Below, piece by piece: positions 18,205-27,565 of a stretch of DNA of 64,000 nucleotides. The position numbers were made by a program, and so were the translations under genes. The DNA is from Nitrospinaceae bacterium (GTDB taxonomy: Bacteria > Nitrospinota > Nitrospinia > Nitrospinales > Nitrospinaceae): contig OZ245011.1 of NCBI GenBank assembly GCA_965223665.1, positions 2,272,001 through 2,336,000 on the forward strand. The letters are read 5' to 3'. Each line of letters opens with the position of its first letter. Within the stretch, counting starts at the first letter, position 1. The notes beneath the pieces were generated by a model. It made no database searches. It saw only the letters and a list, made by a program, of their open reading frames with translations, and was not told the DNA's origin.

Positions 18205-18792
18205 GTGAATGATAATCCAAAAAATTCTGTAAAATTAGATTCTGAATTATGGGTGGAGCGTTATGGGGATCCCATGTTTCGGTTTACTCTCGCCCGGGTA
18301 AAAGACCCTGTTACCGCAGAAGAAATTGTTCAGGTAGCATTAGTTGCCGCCTTACAATCCCAAAAATCTTTTGCGGGGAAATCTTCCGAAAAAAGTTGGC
18401 TGTTTGGGATATTAAAACATAAAATACTTGATCATTTCCGTTCATTAAAAAACCAACGCACCTTTGATTTGACTTCGGAAGATGATACGGATCCTTATGA
18501 TATTGCGTATGATGCGTCGGGTCATTGGATCACTCCTCCAAAAGATTGGGATACCGACCCGGAAAAAGCATTGGAAAACCAACAACTATTAGAAGCACTA
18601 ACTGATTGTTTATCCCATCTTTCAGATAAATACCGGAATGTATTTGTTTTAAAGGAAATGGAGGGGTTAGATTCTGAAGAAATATGTAAGGAATATGATA
18701 TTCAACCGACCAATCTTTGGGTAATTCTTCATAGAGCTCGAAATCAACTTCGGCTATGTCTGGAAAATAAAAATTGGTCAGGTAAAAAATAA
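18205..18792 (+). CDS. ECF sigma-70 factor
   Basis: AEEIVQ...SWLFGILKHKILDHFR (region 2); VFVLKEMEG...NLWVILHRAR (region 4). Confidence 0.9.
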   Translation: MNDNPKNSVKLDSELWVERYGDPMFRFTLARVKDPVTAEEIVQVALVAALQSQKSFAGKSSEKSWLFGILKHKILDHFRSLKNQRTFDLTSEDDTDPYDIAYDASGHWITPPKDWDTDPEKALENQQLLEALTDCLSHLSDKYRNVFVLKEMEGLDSEEICKEYDIQPTNLWVILHRARNQLRLCLENKNWSGKK

Positions 18793-18814
18793 AATGGATG
18801 GAATCTTTTAACAT

Positions 18815-19090
18815 ATGAACTGGTTGACTGGATTATTTAAAATAACTTGTAAAGACACATCGCCTCTGATTTCTGAAATGATGGATCATTCTCTACCCCT
18901 GGGTCGTAAGTTGAGGGTAAGAGTTCATTTGGGAATGTGCAAAGTCTGTCAAATTTATCAAAAACAGTTAAAATTATTGAGAACTTTAGCTAAAAAAATT
19001 TCAGAGGAGGATAATCCTTCCTATTCCAAAGTAAGTCTGACCGAAGAATGCAAGGAGAGAATGAAAGAGGCATTAAAAAATAACCGATAA
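18815..19090 (+). CDS. Zinc-binding anti-sigma factor (zf-HC2)
   Basis: ITCKDTSPLIS...HLGMCKVC (HxxxCxxC) directly after the ECF gene. Confidence 0.85.
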   Translation: MNWLTGLFKITCKDTSPLISEMMDHSLPLGRKLRVRVHLGMCKVCQIYQKQLKLLRTLAKKISEEDNPSYSKVSLTEECKERMKEALKNNR

Positions 19091-19121
19091 TTCAGTTTCC
19101 CATTTTGAAAGGAACTAAGTA

Positions 19122-20102
19122 ATGAACGATAGTCGAATGACTAAATCTCCAAAAGATTCAAACCAGGTGTCCCGTGATAACGTAAGGGATTTTTATTCTA
19201 AAGCTGCAGTTTCTACCCAAGAAAGTTTATGTTGCCCAGTTAACTATGATCCTACAGATTTATCTCACATTCCAAAAGAGGTAATGGAAATCTCTTATGG
19301 ATGCGGTAGTCCGGTCAATCGGGCAAACTTGTCTTCAGGAGAATCTTTGGTTGACTTAGGATCTGGAGGAGGAATTGACTGCTTTATTGCTGCAAAAATT
19401 GTAGGGCAAAATGGACAAGTCACTGGAATTGATATGACGGAAAAAATGCTCCAAGTCGCACAAAAAAATTCAGAACAGGTAAGTAAAAACTTAGGATATA
19501 ACAATCTTGAATTTAAGCACGGTTTTCTTGAATCAATTCCAATGGAAAACGAATCGGTAGATGTTGTAACTTCTAATTGTGTTGTCAATCTGTCTACGGA
19601 TAAAAAAGAAGTTTTTTCAGAAATTCACCGGATTTTAAAACCCGGCGGTCGTTTCGTGATTGCAGACATTATTTCCGATCAAGTCGTACCCGAGGAAATG
19701 AAAAATAATAAAGAATTATGGGGCGAATGTATTTCGGGGGCATTGACTCTGGAAGAATTTTTAAGTTTTGCTAAAAATTCAAACTTTCATGGTTTCACTG
19801 TTTTCAAAGATTATTTATGGAAAAAAGTGGAAGGCTTAAAATTTTACTCTTATATAATCACAGGTTTCAAACCCCTGGTCCTTGAAGAGTTATCTTGTTG
19901 CGCGCCCGACTTATTAGCTATTTATTCGGGTCCTTTTCCTTCAGTTAATGTTCAGGGTACTGATTTTGCCACCGGTGCTTCTGTAACTGTTGATCAAAAT
20001 TTAGCTAAGGTGCTAGGGTCTCCCCCTTATAAAGGAATGTTTAATATAATTGATCCTGAAAGTGAATCAATCAAAGAGGCTGATGATTCCTGCTGTGGGT
20101 AG
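19122..20102 (+). CDS. Arsenite methyltransferase-like SAM methyltransferase (ArsM family)
   Basis: SLCCP, YGCGSP, DLGSGGGIDC, SNCVVNL, WGECISGAL; Cys-Cys motifs near the C-terminus. Confidence 0.78.
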   Translation: MNDSRMTKSPKDSNQVSRDNVRDFYSKAAVSTQESLCCPVNYDPTDLSHIPKEVMEISYGCGSPVNRANLSSGESLVDLGSGGGIDCFIAAKIVGQNGQVTGIDMTEKMLQVAQKNSEQVSKNLGYNNLEFKHGFLESIPMENESVDVVTSNCVVNLSTDKKEVFSEIHRILKPGGRFVIADIISDQVVPEEMKNNKELWGECISGALTLEEFLSFAKNSNFHGFTVFKDYLWKKVEGLKFYSYIITGFKPLVLEELSCCAPDLLAIYSGPFPSVNVQGTDFATGASVTVDQNLAKVLGSPPYKGMFNIIDPESESIKEADDSCCG

Positions 20103-20293
20103 TTTATAAAAAGGATTGCTGAATACTAAAAAAATAATCTGAATAAACACGCTTTTTTCCAGAATAATATTTTCATTCTTTATTTTTTCCTTCATCTCAA
20201 AAATCTAAAAATTTATCAATTGGATTTTCTACTATTTGGCCGTTAAACTAAATTGATAAACCCAAAATTTTTCTGATTTGGAGGAATTCCCCA

Positions 20294-20566
20294 ATGACTT
20301 ATAAAAGTTTAGTAAAAAAAGAAAAAATCAATGCAATTATTCGCACTGAAGGTGAAAAGATTGAAGGGAGTGTGCATATAATACCCGAAACTCGCCTTTT
20401 GGACCTTTTAAACAGTGAAAGAGAGCAATTTATTCCTGTTAAAGAAGCAAAAGTTTATAGTGAAACATCAGGAAAATTACTTTACGAATCGGAATTTATC
20501 GCCGTCAACAAAAACCATGTTATTGTAATTATCGAAGGCCAACCATCTGAACCAGCACTGGTATAA
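20294..20566 (+). CDS. Small conserved hypothetical protein
   Basis: IEGSVHI..ETRLLDLLN...QFIPV...FIAVNKNHV; GGAGG RBS. Confidence 0.75.
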   Translation: MTYKSLVKKEKINAIIRTEGEKIEGSVHIIPETRLLDLLNSEREQFIPVKEAKVYSETSGKLLYESEFIAVNKNHVIVIIEGQPSEPALV

Positions 20567-20584
20567 GAATTAACCAAAATTTTT

Positions 20585-21328
20585 TTATCGATTTACAGCT
20601 TCATGGTCCACATACCATTCTAATTTTTCCGAATTAATTTTTGCGGCAGGTAAATGTTTTCCTTCCTCCGAGCCATTTAAAACCTTATTTAAGGTTTTTG
20701 ATTTATCTTTACCTGTGACCAGAAATGAAATTCGTCGGGCGCGGTTAATAGTATCCAACGTAAGTGTAATGCGTCTTTGACTTGTCTGAGGATGTTCTGT
20801 CAAACCGCAAATGTTTAAGGGATCTGAAGTGATTCTTCCCTCAGGGAAAATTGAAGCCGTATGACCATCGGCTCCCATTCCTAATAAAACCCAATTAAAC
20901 TCAATCTTACCTTGATTAAAAGCCTTAAAAAATTTCTGAATTTCATTTGCATATCTCACAACCTCTTTTTCGGGAGTTTCTTCACCTCGAATTCGATGGA
21001 TATTTTCCTTGGGTAGTGGCAAATATTTTAAAAACTTATCCCAAGCATTTTTATAATTGCTTTCATGATTATCTGGGGGAACGCATCTTTCATCACACCA
21101 AAAAATGTGGACTGATTGCCACGGAATACTACCACTTATTTTTGGCTTTGAAATTTCCTGGAACATTTTCTGCGGAGTAGATCCCCCGGACAACGCAATC
21201 GAAAACTTATCACTAACTCCTAAATTCTTTGTGAGTTTAACCCATTCTAATGCAACTTGCCTGGCCAAAGCAGATTTATCGGGAAATATGTACAAATTTT
21301 TAGACCTAAAGTTCACAGAACAAACCAT
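20585..21328 (-). CDS. pgl: 6-phosphogluconolactonase
   Basis: ALSGGSTP, DERCVPP, LGMGADGHTASIFP, RITLT. Confidence 0.93.
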   Translation of the reverse strand: MVCSVNFRSKNLYIFPDKSALARQVALEWVKLTKNLGVSDKFSIALSGGSTPQKMFQEISKPKISGSIPWQSVHIFWCDERCVPPDNHESNYKNAWDKFLKYLPLPKENIHRIRGEETPEKEVVRYANEIQKFFKAFNQGKIEFNWVLLGMGADGHTASIFPEGRITSDPLNICGLTEHPQTSQRRITLTLDTINRARRISFLVTGKDKSKTLNKVLNGSEEGKHLPAAKINSEKLEWYVDHEAVNR

Positions 21329-22865
21329 CTTCTATTAAATTTTTACATGGATAATGCCAATCCGTTCCCAGCTCATCAAATAATTTACTCGTTTGACGTG
21401 GACCCCATGTCCCGGCAGGATAACCATAAATAGTATCATCCGGATTTTCCTTCCATTCCTTTAAAATGGGATCCAGAAACTGCCAGCAAGCTTCAACCGC
21501 ATCTCCTCTAGCAAATAACGTTGAATCTCCCAACATACTATCCAACAATAATCGTTCATAGGCTTCAGGAACTGCTGAATCACTTAACTCAGAATAATGG
21601 AAATCCATATTCACTTTTTGTACTTGAAAACCCGCACCCGGAAGTTTCATTCCAAAATTGAGTAAAATTCCTTCATCGGGTTGAATGCGAAGAATAAGTT
21701 GGTTTGGCTCCGTGGAATGCTTATCTTTTAATTGAAATAAGCGATGTGGAGTTTTCTTAAAATGTATGACGACTTCCGTTACCCGCGTGGGAAGACGTTT
21801 TCCGGTACGGATATAAAAAGGTACTCCGCCCCATCGCCAATTATCAACAAATATTTTCAAAGCAACGAAAGTTTCTGTTCTAGAAAATGGTGGCACATGC
21901 TCCTCATCTCGATACCCCGGAATAATATTTTCCTGAACCATTGATTTGGTATATTGACCACGAACCACAAAGTCATTTACTTCATTCCTCTGAATTTCTC
22001 GCAAAGACTGCAGGACCTTCACAGTCTCATTTCGCACCGCAAAGGATTCAAATGAGGAAGGTGGCTCCATTGCAATAACAGATAGTAATTGCAAAAGATG
22101 ATTCTGAACCATATCTCTTAAAGCCCCTGCCCCATCATAATATTTTCCACGTTTTTCTACACCCACCGTTTCCGCAGCGGTAATTTCAATATGACTAATA
22201 TAATTTCGATTCCATAGTGGTTCAAATATCCCATTGGAAAATCGAAATACAATTATATTCTGAACCGTTTCTTTTCCAAGGTAATGATCAATTCTATAAA
22301 TTTGCGGCTCTCTAAATACTTTAAACAACTGTTTATTTAAAGACATTGCAGATTCCAAATCATAACCAAATGGTTTTTCTACAATAACCCTCTTACAGGC
22401 CGAATCTTTCCTGTTTTCTTTTTGAAGACCATGGGCTCCCAGGTTTTGAACAATCACTTCATACATACTAGGAGCAATTGACAAATAATAAATATAGTTT
22501 CCATTTATTTGATACTGTCGATCCAATTTCAAAAGCTTGTTTTTTAGCTTTTTATAATCATTCGAATTACTCGTATCGATTGCCAAGTAGTACAAATGCT
22601 TGGCAAATTTTTTATAATCTGAGTTTTTTGTGTCTTTCTTCTTCCAAATATCTTCAAGGCCCTTCACCATTTTATTTCTAAAAACTGAATCTGACATTTT
22701 TGAGCGGCTTACACCTAACACAGCAAAGCCCTCCGGGAGAAATCCTTTCCGATACAAATCATACAATGCCGGCACAAGCTTTCTCTGAGTTAGATCTCCT
22801 GAGGCCCCAAATATTACAAGTATCTGATTTTCTGGACATTCCATAATGCTTTTATTTTTATTCAT
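21306..22865 (-). CDS. zwf: Glucose-6-phosphate 1-dehydrogenase
   Basis: IFGASGDL, EKPFG, RIDHYLGKE, RWGGVPFYIRTGKRL. Confidence 0.97.
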   Translation of the reverse strand: MNKNKSIMECPENQILVIFGASGDLTQRKLVPALYDLYRKGFLPEGFAVLGVSRSKMSDSVFRNKMVKGLEDIWKKKDTKNSDYKKFAKHLYYLAIDTSNSNDYKKLKNKLLKLDRQYQINGNYIYYLSIAPSMYEVIVQNLGAHGLQKENRKDSACKRVIVEKPFGYDLESAMSLNKQLFKVFREPQIYRIDHYLGKETVQNIIVFRFSNGIFEPLWNRNYISHIEITAAETVGVEKRGKYYDGAGALRDMVQNHLLQLLSVIAMEPPSSFESFAVRNETVKVLQSLREIQRNEVNDFVVRGQYTKSMVQENIIPGYRDEEHVPPFSRTETFVALKIFVDNWRWGGVPFYIRTGKRLPTRVTEVVIHFKKTPHRLFQLKDKHSTEPNQLILRIQPDEGILLNFGMKLPGAGFQVQKVNMDFHYSELSDSAVPEAYERLLLDSMLGDSTLFARGDAVEACWQFLDPILKEWKENPDDTIYGYPAGTWGPRQTSKLFDELGTDWHYPCKNLIEDGLFCEL

Positions 22866-22914
22866 AATATTTTTAATGAATGAGATTTAGTCTAGGCAAA
22901 AAAAAATATTAAAC

Positions 22915-23811
22915 TTACTTACTTTTTACCGCGTGGCCTCCAAACTGTTGTCTTAATGCGGCCAATAATTTCATTGCAAATGACTCTTCTTGTCGTGATT
23001 GGAATCGAGAGAATAATGACATGGTAATCACAGGAACCGGCGTATCGAAATCAATAGCAGACTGAATAGTCCATCTTCCTTCTCCACTATCTTGCACATA
23101 ATCTTTAACCTCATTTAAGTTCGAGTCTTTTGCTAAAGCATTTTCTGCAAGCTCAAGTAACCAGGAACGAACAACACTTCCATGTTGCCAAACCTGGCTA
23201 ACAGCATGCAGATCAATATCAAAAGAGGAATTTTTCATTAATTCAAAACCTTCTGCATAAGCTTGCATCATCCCATACTCTATTCCATTGTGAACCATTT
23301 TCACAAAGTGTCCGGCTCCACTTGGACCAGCGTATAAATATCCATTTGAAGGGGCAAGGGTAGAAAAAACAGGCTCTAAAAACTTACAGGAATTTTCTTC
23401 TCCACCTACCATCAAACAATACCCGTTTTTTAATCCCCAAACCCCACCACTGGTTCCACAATCCACATATTGAATTCCATGAGACTGGAGGAGCTTTGAA
23501 CGCTCCTGGGTTTCTCTCCAATAAGAATTTCCTCCATCAACAATAATGTCATCTTTTTTTAAAAGAGGAATTAAGGCCTTTATCGTCTCCTCAACCGGTG
23601 GACCTGCAGGCACCATTATCCAAAGAACTTTTTTTTCTGGGAGCTTTTCAACAAGGTCTTCCAATGAGCTTGCCGCTTCCGCACCTTTACTTGAAGAAGA
23701 ATTAACCGCTTCCAAAGAACGATCATATGCTACCACTTGATGATTTCCTTGGAGCAAACGTTCCACCATATTTCCACCCATCTTACCCAATCCTATAAAC
23801 CCGATTTTCAT
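22915..23811 (-). CDS. gnd: 6-phosphogluconate dehydrogenase (decarboxylating, short type)
   Basis: GLGKMG, DGGNS, GTSGG, KMVHNGIEYG, DSGEGRW, FGGHAV. Confidence 0.95.
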   Translation of the reverse strand: MKIGFIGLGKMGGNMVERLLQGNHQVVAYDRSLEAVNSSSSKGAEAASSLEDLVEKLPEKKVLWIMVPAGPPVEETIKALIPLLKKDDIIVDGGNSYWRETQERSKLLQSHGIQYVDCGTSGGVWGLKNGYCLMVGGEENSCKFLEPVFSTLAPSNGYLYAGPSGAGHFVKMVHNGIEYGMMQAYAEGFELMKNSSFDIDLHAVSQVWQHGSVVRSWLLELAENALAKDSNLNEVKDYVQDSGEGRWTIQSAIDFDTPVPVITMSLFSRFQSRQEESFAMKLLAALRQQFGGHAVKSK

Positions 23812-24046
23812 AAATTCTCCTTAGATTTTGGTTTGGATCTTACAGAATTACCTCTAGTTATTATAACTCTTCTTCCTGAAGGTTCTATAACTCACTGCAC
23901 TTCCTTCCAAGATAAAGCCATAACATTCCTCTAATTAAAGTTTTCCGAAAGAAATAAAAGCAAGACATTTTTGATCAACTATGTTAAAAATTTCTTTCAA
24001 AAATTTAAATCAAAATTGATTTTTTAAACATTTTTAAAAATCTGTT

Positions 24047-24967
24047 ATGGATTACCCCCGGGCCTCAGGACAAATTTTTACAGAAGACAATCGGACCAAT
24101 TTGTTTTATCTAAACGAGCTGTATCAAAAAATAGCAGGTTATGTTTCCAACAAAATGACCTCTCTTCATGGAATACCATTAAATATCACCTCCGGAATTT
24201 GGGGCGGAACTTATTTAATTGCAGATAATCGAGGAAAATCTCGGAGACGACTTTGGAGACTTTATTGCCTGGTAAACCTTCCCCAGGGTACTCTTTTGGA
24301 TAAGCATTCAAATTTGGAAAAATTTGTTGAAGTTTATTATAAAACGCTTCAGTTCAGCTTTGAACCATATGGATTAAAATTAAAACTAAAAAATTGGGGC
24401 GGAAGATTACCCTACACTAATAAAATTCGTCCAAATATAACAATGCACTTTGAAGACGAAAACGAAAAAGTCCGATGGCTTCGACCCATAGTAGTTTGGA
24501 ACGAATCTTCTTGGGAACAATCCATTATTTATGATTCTATCCGTTTGGTAAAAGAATTAAAAGTAAACTTGAACTATGAAAAAGGCCTCACTCTTACTGA
24601 TCCTGGAGAAATAAAATATATGCTGCAGGATGTAATTATTACATACGAAACTTTGAAGGCAGCGCATTCACCCGATTTTATTGAGCATGCTCAACCTATA
24701 ATCGATGAAATGACAGAGGCATTTTTGAAAGGACTTTTTGAAGACGACGAGATCAATGAGTGGTACAAAAAAGTTTTAGAAAATGCGCTAGTATATGGAT
24801 ATGAACAAACTCTTAATTCTTTTTACTCTAAACATGGTCTTGATGTAAAAAAGGTAGAATATTGGCCTGTTCAAAAGATAAACTTTGCCCCTGAAGAATT
24901 AAATGCCCGTTTGATTCCACCCATTCAAAAAATATTTTCCACCTTTAAAGAAAACTTGAATCATTAA
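24047..24967 (+). CDS. Hypothetical protein
   Basis: 306-aa ORF; no family recognised. Confidence 0.75.
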   Translation: MDYPRASGQIFTEDNRTNLFYLNELYQKIAGYVSNKMTSLHGIPLNITSGIWGGTYLIADNRGKSRRRLWRLYCLVNLPQGTLLDKHSNLEKFVEVYYKTLQFSFEPYGLKLKLKNWGGRLPYTNKIRPNITMHFEDENEKVRWLRPIVVWNESSWEQSIIYDSIRLVKELKVNLNYEKGLTLTDPGEIKYMLQDVIITYETLKAAHSPDFIEHAQPIIDEMTEAFLKGLFEDDEINEWYKKVLENALVYGYEQTLNSFYSKHGLDVKKVEYWPVQKINFAPEELNARLIPPIQKIFSTFKENLNH

Positions 24968-24987
24968 AAATTTTTCTTTCAATTAAT

Positions 24988-25695
24988 TTATTTTACAGGT
25001 ACTTCAATGGATTTTTCGTCGCTCGCTTTTTTATTTTTAAATTTGTTATAGAGAGTCGGGATTAAAGCGAATAACCCCAGTAATGCAAAAGCCCCTAAAA
25101 CACCAGGTGATGCAATATCGCTTAAAGAATTAATTGAAGCCAAGTTACTGCCAGCATTTGCATAAACAAAAGTTCCAGGTAAAGTACCAAACATTGTTCC
25201 CAGAAAATAAATGGGAAGTCGTATTTTCGTCAGACCAGATACTAAGTTCACAAGAAAAAACGGGAACAATGGAACCAATCTTAAAAACAACATATAGTTT
25301 ATCGCATTATTTGAAAACCCATCGTTAAAAGGTTTAAGTTTTTCTCCGAATTTTTTTTCCACCCAATCTCTTAATAAAAATCGGGCTGCCAAAAATGCTA
25401 GAGTTGCTCCAACAGTGGCACCCACATTCACTACCAAAGTCCCAGTTAATGAACCGAAAATTGCACCTGCAGCCAATGTTAATATGGTAGCTCCAGGCAA
25501 GGAGAGAGCTACCGTAATGATATATATACCTATGAAAATAAAAATCATTTTCCAGGTATTCTCTGCATAAAATTGATTTAGACTATCTCTATTACTTTTT
25601 AAACTTTCCAGAGAAAGATATTGTCCCAAATCAAAGTAAAAAAATAATCCAACCGCAACACCGATTATCCCTAATAATATAATTTTCTTATTCAT
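24988..25695 (-). CDS. TVP38/TMEM64 (DedA-like) membrane protein
   Basis: ALSLPGATILTLAAGAIFG, LRLVPLFPFFLVN, GTLPGTFVY. Confidence 0.92.
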   Translation of the reverse strand: MNKKIILLGIIGVAVGLFFYFDLGQYLSLESLKSNRDSLNQFYAENTWKMIFIFIGIYIITVALSLPGATILTLAAGAIFGSLTGTLVVNVGATVGATLAFLAARFLLRDWVEKKFGEKLKPFNDGFSNNAINYMLFLRLVPLFPFFLVNLVSGLTKIRLPIYFLGTMFGTLPGTFVYANAGSNLASINSLSDIASPGVLGAFALLGLFALIPTLYNKFKNKKASDEKSIEVPVK

Positions 25696-25732
25696 AAAAT
25701 TTTCAAACTTAAATTAGTGGATTCAAATTATT

Positions 25733-26170
25733 TTACGAATTATCTGCTTTAAATAATTCAGTTTCAGGATGAAAAGCAAACCATGCAAACCAAAAACCTT
25801 CTATAGCAGGCAACTCCCTACCTTTATTATCTTTAATGATCCCAGTATTAATCTCATTATCAAAATAAACTCTAATTGAATGTTTTCCGATCTTGTCTTC
25901 AATTGGCAAAGCTGAAAGACTTAACTTTACAAAAGGATTAACTTTTTATTTTCCATTCACCACTATCCCAAGAATTCTGTCACTTTTTTCAAAGAATCCC
26001 TTTTCAACTTTATTAGAATTCAAATATAGAAGGGAGTTTATTGTCGGGATCCCATCCTTGGGAGGACCTCCATTAACAATGTCTCCCAGGGAAACATTGT
26101 GATTGGAAAAATCCCAACCCGACAATCCCGGGAGGGAAACAAGAAAAAAAATTTTTAAATAAGCTTTCAT
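25733..26170 (-). pseudogene. DUF3179-family pseudogene (in-frame TAA, probable internal deletion)
   Basis: GGPPKDGIPTI...RILGIVVNGK*KVNPF...GFWFAWFAFHPET in one frame, with TAA at 25946-25948; only 146 codons. Confidence 0.75.
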
Positions 26171-26279
26171 TTACCAACCTATATTTTATTGCCGGTTGGT
26201 CGGATGTAATATGTAATTCCTTACAAGTTTTAGAGAGATAAAGAGGATAACTCAGAGTAACTCATTGTAAAGAATATAC

Positions 26280-27554
26280 TTAACATTGGTGATCTTTTGC
26301 AGTTTTTTTGAGGCGATGATAAAAAACATCTTGAATTTCTTTTCGGATTTTTGCCGATTGATATTCAATTAAACTACCGCCGTTCTCAATAAATTGAATC
26401 TGTTCATTCAATTTAACGCACATAGCACTATTATTTTCGTTATTTGCGGCTTTAGCAGCTAACATAAGTTCACAAAATTGTTTCGCTGCTTCAATCGTAT
26501 TCATATACTTTGGATTTATTTGGAGAGATTTGATTCGAATTAAATGCTGAGAAATATCTAAGGCTTTTTGAAACTCGCCTCTTGCATTTAAATAATTACC
26601 ATCTAAAACAAATTGAATAGCTTTCATTACTTTTAATCCTTTATTCCCCAAAAATTCCGGATCTGAAATATTATCAAAGTAAAGGGATTCATACTCTTTA
26701 ATTAGATCTAATGCACGCTTTCTACATTTTTCTCTATGTAAAGGATGATCTTTTTCAAGATCTTTATTGGCAGGGTTAATTTCCTCTGAAATATAAAACC
26801 AAATTAATGTTTTTATCGCTAAGGGCCGAGACATAATTTTAGATTTTAATGCTCGTTCCAGGTACTCCAAACCCAATTGACGATGGTCTTTTCCCCATTG
26901 CATAACAAAATTACCCAATCCCCCCAGACGGGTGTTACCATAACGATAAACTCCTAAACCCACATAAGCATCTGCATGATTCGGATCAAATCTTAATGCA
27001 TCTTCTAAATGATTATCTGCGCTTAACCCATTAATTAATGCCGCAATAAACCTTCCTTGTCCATACGCCATTAAGCCAACATATCCCTCCGAAACACCAA
27101 GAAAAAAATAAGCATCCGCTTTTTGTTGTCGAGTTAAACCGGGTTGATCAAGAATTTCTTTTGCCAGACTCTTTGATTTATCACTATACATAGTAAAATT
27201 ATTTTTAATCTCATCAATTTTAAATTCACCAGTAAAAGACAACGCATGAGTCATTTCCCCATATAAACCGGCAAAATAAAAATAAAATTTCATCAGCTCG
27301 AATTGATTCTTTAATGTTTGAGGTTGCGCCTCTAATTTTTCAATACGTTTTTTAAAACAGGGTATCCATTCATAAAACTTGTAGTACAAAGTATCTACTA
27401 ACGCCTGTTTGGCGAACTCTTCTACCGGCAAAGTATCTTTATTAAGAATTTCTTTTGAGTAAATTCTTTGAGGAATAATTATTAAGACAAGGAAAAAAAT
27501 AAGAAAAGTTCTTATCATAAGTTTCCAATCTAGCTTTTTATTGTTTATAAACAA
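26280..27554 (-). CDS. Exported hypothetical protein with TPR-like segment
   Basis: Signal-like N-terminus; ALRFDPNHADAYVGLGVYRY. Confidence 0.75.
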   Translation of the reverse strand: MFINNKKLDWKLMIRTFLIFFLVLIIIPQRIYSKEILNKDTLPVEEFAKQALVDTLYYKFYEWIPCFKKRIEKLEAQPQTLKNQFELMKFYFYFAGLYGEMTHALSFTGEFKIDEIKNNFTMYSDKSKSLAKEILDQPGLTRQQKADAYFFLGVSEGYVGLMAYGQGRFIAALINGLSADNHLEDALRFDPNHADAYVGLGVYRYGNTRLGGLGNFVMQWGKDHRQLGLEYLERALKSKIMSRPLAIKTLIWFYISEEINPANKDLEKDHPLHREKCRKRALDLIKEYESLYFDNISDPEFLGNKGLKVMKAIQFVLDGNYLNARGEFQKALDISQHLIRIKSLQINPKYMNTIEAAKQFCELMLAAKAANNENNSAMCVKLNEQIQFIENGGSLIEYQSAKIRKEIQDVFYHRLKKTAKDHQC

Positions 27555-27565
27555 AAGATCCGAGC

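Noticed and set aside
19122-20102. Selenocysteine recoding in the ArsM-like gene
   Set aside because: The ORF is open with Cys codons at the motif positions and ends at TAG; there is no in-frame TGA.
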